From: Candidatus Kapaibacterium sp.
GTDB lineage: Bacteria; Bacteroidota; Ignavibacteria; Kapaibacteriales; UBA2268
Assembly: GCA_963665665.1 (NCBI GenBank)
Contig: OY762428.1
Coordinates: 3,104,001-3,168,000, forward strand
DNA length: 64,000 nt
Direction: 5' to 3'
Position numbers and translations under genes: made by a program. The notes beneath the pieces are model-generated. The model was not told the DNA's origin. It worked only from the letters and a program-made list of their open reading frames with translations, and searched no databases. Of the stretch, positions 31,785 to 38,432 are shown piece by piece (positions within the stretch are counted from its first letter, which is position 1; each line of letters begins with the position of its first letter).

Positions 31785-31868
31785 ACTTAGGGGTGGTTGG
31801 GAAAATATTTGGTGATTCGGAGACTTTCCATAAACGAGATGTTGAAATAATATAAACCATAAAGAAAT

Positions 31869-32306
31869 ATGAAGAAAACAATACTAATATCGCTTCTGTC
31901 CTTCGCCTTAGGGATATTCACCGGATTATCCTTTGTCGAAAAAGGTAGTGTATCAGTGCAGGAAAAAATTGTTCGCGACACGGTTATTAAAACCATAAGG
32001 CCCGAGCCGCTGGTAATTGAAAAAGTAAAAGCCCGGAAGGTATTTATCCGCGATACTGTTATTGTGTCAAGGCCATACATAGCAATTGTGGATACTGTTG
32101 TGAGAAAGGATACTGTCCGGGCTGAGTATGAATTCCCGATGAACCTGTTTAGCTTAGATATACGCCGCGCCGCCGATTCCGTGAAGATAGAAACAATTAC
32201 CATCAGCAAGTACATAAAAGAAAGTCGCCCCTGGTGGGAGTTGCCTTTGTCGGTGGCAGCCGGAGCCGGAATCGGATACCTGGCAGGCAGTGCGGGTAGG
32301 GATTGA
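31869..32306 (+). CDS. Membrane-anchored phage protein, possibly spanin/Rz-like
   Basis: N-terminal TM, repeated RDTV/KDTV motifs, C-terminal WW plus Gly-rich hydrophobic helix. Confidence 0.45.
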   Translation: MKKTILISLLSFALGIFTGLSFVEKGSVSVQEKIVRDTVIKTIRPEPLVIEKVKARKVFIRDTVIVSRPYIAIVDTVVRKDTVRAEYEFPMNLFSLDIRRAADSVKIETITISKYIKESRPWWELPLSVAAGAGIGYLAGSAGRD

Positions 32307-32571
32307 TATTCTGTAGGGGCGACCCTTGTGGTCGCCCTAATTTTAGATGAGGGGAAAAGAACCTCCCCTATAATCCCCTCCTCCGTGAGGCGGGGATAAG
32401 AAACAATTATATAAAATTCCCCTCTCTAGGGGTGGCAGCGAAGCTGACGGGGTGGTTCTTTTTTACTCAAAGAAAGATGGATTCTTCAGTCGCTTCGCTC
32501 CTGAAGCCTGCCCCGACCTGTCGGGGAATGACCGCAGAATGAATAAATTAACTACAAACAAAGGAGAAAAA

Positions 32572-33708
32572 ATGAAAACGGCAAAATACCTTACAAGTGA
32601 AATATTTAAACAGAACTCGGCATATTATATGCACAGGGATATACTGCCCAACCCGGATAAAATTCTTGCCAGGAATGGAGGAAGCAGCGGCATATACGCT
32701 GATCTGAAGAACGATCCCCACGTTTGGAGCTGCATACAGTCACGCAAGAGCGGCCTGCTCTCGCTGGATTTCAATATCGTTCCGAACGGAGTCTCATCCG
32801 GTGTGCAGAAAGAAATTGAAAAGATAATAGCCGGGCTGGATATTCGCAGCCTCCTATCGGACATACTCGAAGCGCCGCTGTTCGGCTGGCAGCCCTTAGA
32901 AGTGATATGGAAAAGGCATGAAGAAAATAGCAGAATGATAATACCGGACAGGATAGTCCCGAAACCGAGGGAATGGTTCTATTTCAACAGCGAAGGGAAG
33001 CTTTACATGCGCCAGCCCGGCAGTATCGACGGCGAAGCTGTGCCGGAAATGAAACTGCTGCTGCCACGCCATGCCGAAAGCAGCGAAAACCCCTACGGCA
33101 GCGCCCTGCTTGCAAAATGCTACTGGCCCGTTACATTCAAGAAGGGTGCCATGAGATTCTGGGTAAACTTTGCCGAGCGCTACGGAATGCCGCTGCTAAT
33201 CGGGCAATATACGCGGGGCGCAACAACAGCCGAGGCCGAAAAACTGGCTGGCGAACTTGCCTCCATGACCGAGGACGCTGTGATAGTAACCCCATCGGAT
33301 ATTGACATAAGGATGCAGGAAGCCGCCCGGACGGGATCGGCGGAACTATTCAGGGAACTGATAAAAATATGCAATGCCGAAATATCCAAGGCGCTGCTTT
33401 CGCAAACGCTGACAACGGAACTGGACCGCGGCTCCTACGCCGCCTCCGAAACGCACTTCCGCATACGCCGCGAGGTGATACTGGCAGACCTGCGCCTTGC
33501 CGAATCGGTAATAAACGAACTGATAGGCTGGATATGCCGCCTGAACTTCAGCAGCGCGGGACAGCCTTTATTCCGGGGCGTGGTGAACGATTCGGATAAT
33601 AACGCCCGCGCAGAACGCGACCTGAAACTGTGCCAAACGGGGCAGGTAAGCTTCACAAAGAAATACTGGATGGATACTTACGGCTTCCGCGAAGAAGATT
33701 TGGAGTGA
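32572..33708 (+). CDS. Portal protein, Mu gp29/DUF935 family
   Basis: LPNPDKIL, DPHVWSCIQSRK, ILEAPLFG, NPYGSALL, FAERYGMP, CNAEISKALLSQTLTT, GSYAASETH. ATG 32572 follows AAAGGAG. Confidence 0.9.
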   Translation: MKTAKYLTSEIFKQNSAYYMHRDILPNPDKILARNGGSSGIYADLKNDPHVWSCIQSRKSGLLSLDFNIVPNGVSSGVQKEIEKIIAGLDIRSLLSDILEAPLFGWQPLEVIWKRHEENSRMIIPDRIVPKPREWFYFNSEGKLYMRQPGSIDGEAVPEMKLLLPRHAESSENPYGSALLAKCYWPVTFKKGAMRFWVNFAERYGMPLLIGQYTRGATTAEAEKLAGELASMTEDAVIVTPSDIDIRMQEAARTGSAELFRELIKICNAEISKALLSQTLTTELDRGSYAASETHFRIRREVILADLRLAESVINELIGWICRLNFSSAGQPLFRGVVNDSDNNARAERDLKLCQTGQVSFTKKYWMDTYGFREEDLE

Positions 33709-34282
33709 GGGGCGGGGGAGTATTTGTTCTACCTTCCGTCCTTGCAGGCAGAATTAAGGACTGTCTCCGTATTAGATAAAAATTTTAAAATTTGAATAAT
33801 ATAGCCACGTGCTTTAGCTCGTGGATGGGAGTAATAATTACTCAACCTCAGGGTTAACCCTGAGGCTAAATAATGGCTTAAAAGAACTACTCTTATCTCC
33901 ACGACTTGAAAGTCGTGGCTATTTCCATCCTTCCAAAGTTGTACCTGGAAAGGAATTTATCCTGTAAAGTTCTTCTTGGGAATTACCGAAGCGCAGAAAT
34001 AATCAAACTGCATTGCGAAGCCGGGGCTTCGCAACGAGGTGAATAAAAGTCTTGGCTATTTGGAAGAATATTTTGGAAAGTTATCATAAGATGTCCAACA
34101 ACTTTTTGGCGTTGGACATCTATTCCAAATAGCTTATCGGGTGGGATAAATTGTTGAATATGGCCCGTTCAAAAACCATAAATATCAAGATAAATTCTTA
34201 TTTCTTTCAAAAATATTTATTATATTACCTTCAGTGATATTATCATAACCCTTTGGCATTTATAATATATTTGAATCATATC

Positions 34283-35308
34283 ATGAATAATCGGGAAAAT
34301 ATTGATTCCACTCTGTTCGCGGAGCTGTCGGCGATAATCGAGCAGGGAAAGCAGCAGGCGGCAGTCAGGGTGAACAGCGTAATAACAGTTACCTACTGGC
34401 ATGTCGGGAAAACAATAAACGAGCATATATTGCAGTATAAAAGAGCCGAATACGGGAAAGAAATTGTATCATCAGTCTCGATACAATTAGCGGAACAATA
34501 CGGAAGAAGTTTTGAACTCCGAAATTTACGTAGAATGATGCAGTTTGCAGATCTGTTCCCTGATGTTAAAATTGTGTCGCCACTGGCGACACAATTAAGC
34601 TGGTCGCATTTTATTGAGGTACTAAAGATAAAAGATGATAAAGCCCGATTATATTATTTGGAGAAATCAGCAGAATCAACATGGAGCAAGCGCGAACTCC
34701 GCCGCCAGATTGAACGCAAAGCTTATGAACGCTCGGAAATTGCAAATACACAGATAATAACAACAGCGGATGAATTCTCGGAAATATCCGGAGTTTTTAA
34801 AGACCCGTATTTTCTTGATTTCCTGGGGCTGAAGGAAGGCTATCTTGAAAATGACCTGGAGTCGGCTATAATCAAAGAACTTGAGAACTTTATTTTGGAA
34901 CTTGGCAGGGGATTTTCATTTATTGAAAGGCAAAAGCGAATTATTCTTGATGGCAAAGATTTTTATCTTGATCTGTTGTTTTTCCATCGTAAGCTAAGAA
35001 GGCTGGTTGCCATCGAGCTTAAACTGGGCGAATTCAAACCAGCCTACAAAGGACAAATGGAGCTTTACCTGAAATGGCTGAACAGATATGAAAAGCAGGA
35101 AGGAGAGAACACGCCTATCGGCCTGATTCTGTGCGCCGAGGCAAGCAGGGAGCAGATTGAGCTGCTGGAAATGCACAAGGACGGCATTATGGTGGCGGAA
35201 TACTGGCCGGAACTTCTGCCAAAAGAAATGCTGGAACAAAAGCTCCGGAGCATTCTGATTGAAGCACGGCAGCGTTTGGAGAATATGAAATTGGAAAGGG
35301 AATATTAG
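34283..35308 (+). CDS. yhcG: YhcG/DUF1016-family PD-(D/E)XK nuclease
   Basis: YWHVG, RAEYG, NLRRM, LSWSH, KDPYFLDFL, FILELGRGF, DLLFFH, IELK, GQMELYL, PIGLILC. ATG 34283. Confidence 0.9.
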   Translation: MNNRENIDSTLFAELSAIIEQGKQQAAVRVNSVITVTYWHVGKTINEHILQYKRAEYGKEIVSSVSIQLAEQYGRSFELRNLRRMMQFADLFPDVKIVSPLATQLSWSHFIEVLKIKDDKARLYYLEKSAESTWSKRELRRQIERKAYERSEIANTQIITTADEFSEISGVFKDPYFLDFLGLKEGYLENDLESAIIKELENFILELGRGFSFIERQKRIILDGKDFYLDLLFFHRKLRRLVAIELKLGEFKPAYKGQMELYLKWLNRYEKQEGENTPIGLILCAEASREQIELLEMHKDGIMVAEYWPELLPKEMLEQKLRSILIEARQRLENMKLEREY

Positions 35309-35798
35309 GCATGTTTTATCATCCAAAAATTCAAACCGGCTGTCGGGAGTCTCTAAAGAGGTTAATTATTATGTTGTTTATATTAAAAAATTTCCCACAC
35401 CAATATATCTGAACTATGAAATATAGTCTTGCCTGACATCCCCAAGGCCCTCCCCTTTGGTGAGGCGTGATACCTTTCAAGGATTTTGGAGGAAATGAGA
35501 ATTTCATGCCATGCTTATGGGAATTTAGATTTATAAAAAAATGGCAATAATAGTTGATTTAATTATTGCGAAAGAAAAATTTGCCCCAAAAACCAATAAA
35601 ATTTTAGCCTTTTATTAACGCATTTACTATCTTTGTATTTTACTGGCATTATGTCGGTATTTTTTGGTTTGATATGCTTGTGCAAAAAACCATAAAGGGG
35701 TGATCCCCAAAATTTGAAATTAAGATCAGGCCGGAATTTGACGGCCTTTGAAATTGATGATATTTTACATTTTTTAATAACGATGTTAGGAGCATTAT

Positions 35799-37868
35799 AT
35801 GGCTGATAAAAAACCATTCGTGCCATTCGTTAGCGCGGACACGAAAATGCCTGAATTTACACTGAAAGCCTTGTTGATAGGCTTGGTTCTGGCAGTTGTC
35901 CTTGGTGCAGCGAATGCGTATCTTGGCCTTAAAGCAGGTATGACTATAGCGGCTACTTACCCGGCAGCTGTTATTGGTATGGCTTTGCTTAAAGTGCTGA
36001 AAGGTTCCATCCTTGAAGAAAACATGACCCGTACTGTTGGTTCAATCGGTGAATCAGTTGCAGCCGGTGCGATTTTCACATTGCCGGCGTTTTATATTGC
36101 CGGTATCTGGGATCCGTTCATGACACTTGAAAATTACATTACTGCTACACTGATTCTTGTGTTTGGCGGTATTCTTGGTATTATGTTCGTAGCTCTTCTC
36201 CGTCGTGTGATGGTTGAAGACGCGGATCTTCCTTTTCCGGAATCTGTTGCTGCTGCCGAGATTCACAAAACAGGACGCAGTTCCGGCGGCGGGTCCAAAT
36301 TCCTATTTGGCGCAATGATAGGCGGCGCTGTTATTAAGATCATGACACAGATTCACCTGATCCCTCATATCTGGGAAAAATTTGTTGTATTCACAAAACA
36401 GACTATTACCGGTACGCCAATTTCCGGACAGGGCGGTATGCTTCTTAGCTCTCCCGGTATCAGCCCTGCTTACATGGGTGTTGGATATATTATCGGCCCG
36501 AAGCTGGCATCCCTTAACTTTTCAGGTGGTATGATAGCATGGGGCCTTCTTGCTCCTATGGTGCTTTACTTCCTTTCACCAACAGCCGAATTCCTTAATG
36601 AATGGGCTCAGATGATAGTTGCTTCTAAAGGTATTCCTTTCGAAGAAGCACACGCGAAGGTTAGCGACCCGTCATTCCAGATCATTGAAGTATGGAAATA
36701 CATCGTTCGCCCGATTGCTATCGGCGGTATGCTTGTTGGTGCTTCTTTCACTCTCTGGAATATGAGAAAAAGCCTTATTGCAGGTATTGCACGTTCAGTG
36801 AATGACGTGAAAAAAGCTGCACAGGGCGCAGGTTCTGACGTTGAACGTACAGAAAAAGACCTTCCGTTCCCATGGATTATGATTGGTATCCTTATCGTTG
36901 CTATTGCAACTTTCCTTATTACTTTCATGATATTTAAAACAACATTTATAGTAGCTTTTGTTGCTGCTACGGTTATGATAGTACTTGCATTCCTTTTTGC
37001 AGCAGTATCAGGTTACCTGGTTGGTATTATGGGTTCATCGAACAACCCGATTTCCGGACTTACTCTTACGGCATTGGTTGTAACGGCCCTTATTCTCGTT
37101 CTCCTTGGTGTGAATGCTGAATCAGGTGGTGTTGCTGCTGTATTGGGTGTAGCTGCCATCGTTTGTGTTTCTGCAGCTGTTGCAGGCGAGATGCTTCAGG
37201 ATCTTAAAGCCGGTCATATTCTTGGCGGTACTCCCCGCAAGATGCAGATCGGTGATATCGTTGGTGTTATCCTTTCCGGTGCTGTAATGTTTGCAGTACT
37301 TGCATTCCTGAACGATGGTGATATAGCTATCGGTAAAGTAAACGGCTATGAAGGTGGTTTTGGAAGCCGTACTCTTTCAGCACCACAGGGCGGCCTTATG
37401 GCTATTCTTGCTAATGGTATCGTTGGCGGCGAAATGGCATGGCCTCTGATTATAGTTGGTATGCTTATGGGTATTGGCTTTATCCTTATGCAGGTTAAAA
37501 GCCCGATGCTTGTATCAGTTGGTATGTACCTTCCGCTCGAAACAACATTTGCCATATTCGTTGGCGGCCTTGTTAAGGGCGTTGTTGAAATTGTTAACAG
37601 GAAAAATCAGTTTAATCTTGCACAGAAATCCCGAATCGAAAATGTCGGTGTACTGCTTGCTTCCGGTTTTATTGCCGGTGAGGCATTGATGGGATTGATC
37701 TTTGCAGGCCTTGCTGTATTTGATATTATTCCTGAAGCTGTATGGCCGGGCGCTCCGTTCATACTTAGCCTTGTTGTTCTTGGTATTATTGCCTGGGTTA
37801 TGATCCAGATACCTGTTAAGAATGCAGGAAGTCCGGACGAACCGGCACCGCCGTCAGCAGGACACTAA
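35799..37868 (+). CDS. OPT-family oligopeptide transporter
   Basis: EFTLKAL, ANAYLGLKAG, LPFPE, GSSNNPISG, LQDLKAGH.LGGTP, APQG, VGMYLP, ASGFIAGEAL. Confidence 0.93.
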   Translation: MADKKPFVPFVSADTKMPEFTLKALLIGLVLAVVLGAANAYLGLKAGMTIAATYPAAVIGMALLKVLKGSILEENMTRTVGSIGESVAAGAIFTLPAFYIAGIWDPFMTLENYITATLILVFGGILGIMFVALLRRVMVEDADLPFPESVAAAEIHKTGRSSGGGSKFLFGAMIGGAVIKIMTQIHLIPHIWEKFVVFTKQTITGTPISGQGGMLLSSPGISPAYMGVGYIIGPKLASLNFSGGMIAWGLLAPMVLYFLSPTAEFLNEWAQMIVASKGIPFEEAHAKVSDPSFQIIEVWKYIVRPIAIGGMLVGASFTLWNMRKSLIAGIARSVNDVKKAAQGAGSDVERTEKDLPFPWIMIGILIVAIATFLITFMIFKTTFIVAFVAATVMIVLAFLFAAVSGYLVGIMGSSNNPISGLTLTALVVTALILVLLGVNAESGGVAAVLGVAAIVCVSAAVAGEMLQDLKAGHILGGTPRKMQIGDIVGVILSGAVMFAVLAFLNDGDIAIGKVNGYEGGFGSRTLSAPQGGLMAILANGIVGGEMAWPLIIVGMLMGIGFILMQVKSPMLVSVGMYLPLETTFAIFVGGLVKGVVEIVNRKNQFNLAQKSRIENVGVLLASGFIAGEALMGLIFAGLAVFDIIPEAVWPGAPFILSLVVLGIIAWVMIQIPVKNAGSPDEPAPPSAGH

Positions 37869-37905
37869 TCTGATTAAGATTAGTTCTGATAAGATTAATA
37901 TTATC

Positions 37906-37938
37906 AAGCCCGCTTTTCAAATCGAAAGCGGGCTTTTT
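37906..37938 (+). terminator. Intrinsic terminator after the OPT gene
   Basis: AAGCCCGCTTT...AAAGCGGGCTT followed by T-run. Confidence 0.8.
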
Positions 37939-38071
37939 AATTGTTGGTCTTGTATTCGTGTATGTTGATAATAGCTGTGTTTAACAGTCAGGAATAAGGC
38001 GTTTACTCAGCTTTAAATTTTCTGTTACTATTCAGCTGAACTTTGGGAATCTGGAAAAATTGTATAAAGCG

Positions 38072-38160
38072 GTCATTCTGAGCGCCAGCGAAGAATCCAT
38101 TCTTCAATAATTCTTTAAGAAGAAGATGGATTCTTCCCTCGCTGGCTCGGTCAGAATGAC
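38072..38160. repeat. Complete GTCATTCTG...CAGAATGAC palindromic REP-like element outside the phage module
   Basis: GTCATTCTGAGCGCCAGCGAAGAATCCAT...ATGGATTCTTC...CAGAATGAC; same family as the pieces near 28936, near 32477 and inside the 190-bp repeats. Confidence 0.8.
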
Positions 38161-38432
38161 ATTTCTCTGTATTTTTTTTCAATAACAGCAATATATTTTA
38201 CCAACCTGAGTAGAAACAATTTTCTTAATACTTTTTGAAAACACATTCTAATCACAAATCAATAATAATTGAACATTATACTTATTATTTCTTGATTTTC
38301 TCAATATTAAATGATATATTCCAATCAGATTGTTTAGGAAGTACACTTTCTCATCCCGGACATGTCCCTGTTCCGGGTTTTCAGGCATTTTGTATAATTA
38401 ATTATTCCTGTCTCACCATATTTGGGTGTATT

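Larger units (their letters stand above)
26883..33708 (+). mobile_element. Mu-like phage-derived head and lysis module with no terminase, tail or transposase (cryptic or domesticated)
   Basis: Nine co-oriented phage-type ORFs flanked by non-phage genes; spacers rich in repeats. Confidence 0.8.

Noticed and set aside
30351-31855. ORFs 30351-30536 and 31598-31855 (MRLPRKPEK...) and their antisense ORFs as duplicated genes
   Set aside because: They coincide with the non-coding composite repeat, and an 11-bp indel shifts the frame between copies.
32452-32571. N-terminal extension of the portal ORF (similar extensions at 124, 26841, 29492, 38235, 50919)
   Set aside because: These run through repeats, neighbouring genes or AT-rich spacers; downstream ATGs have RBSs and/or give proper signal peptides or family N-termini.
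26883-33708. Complete inducible prophage, or an encapsulin locus
   Set aside because: No terminase, tail, transposase/integrase or replication genes for a prophage; portal, protease, adaptor and lysis genes are not encapsulin features.
26300-34150. CRISPR array in the repeat-rich region
   Set aside because: Repeats are dispersed, of several types and palindromic, with no regular repeat-spacer period and no cas genes in the window.
34283-35308. YhcG nuclease as substitute terminase of the head module
   Set aside because: No packaging ATPase motifs, separated by about 570 bp of repeats, and the family is common at variable loci; no direct support.
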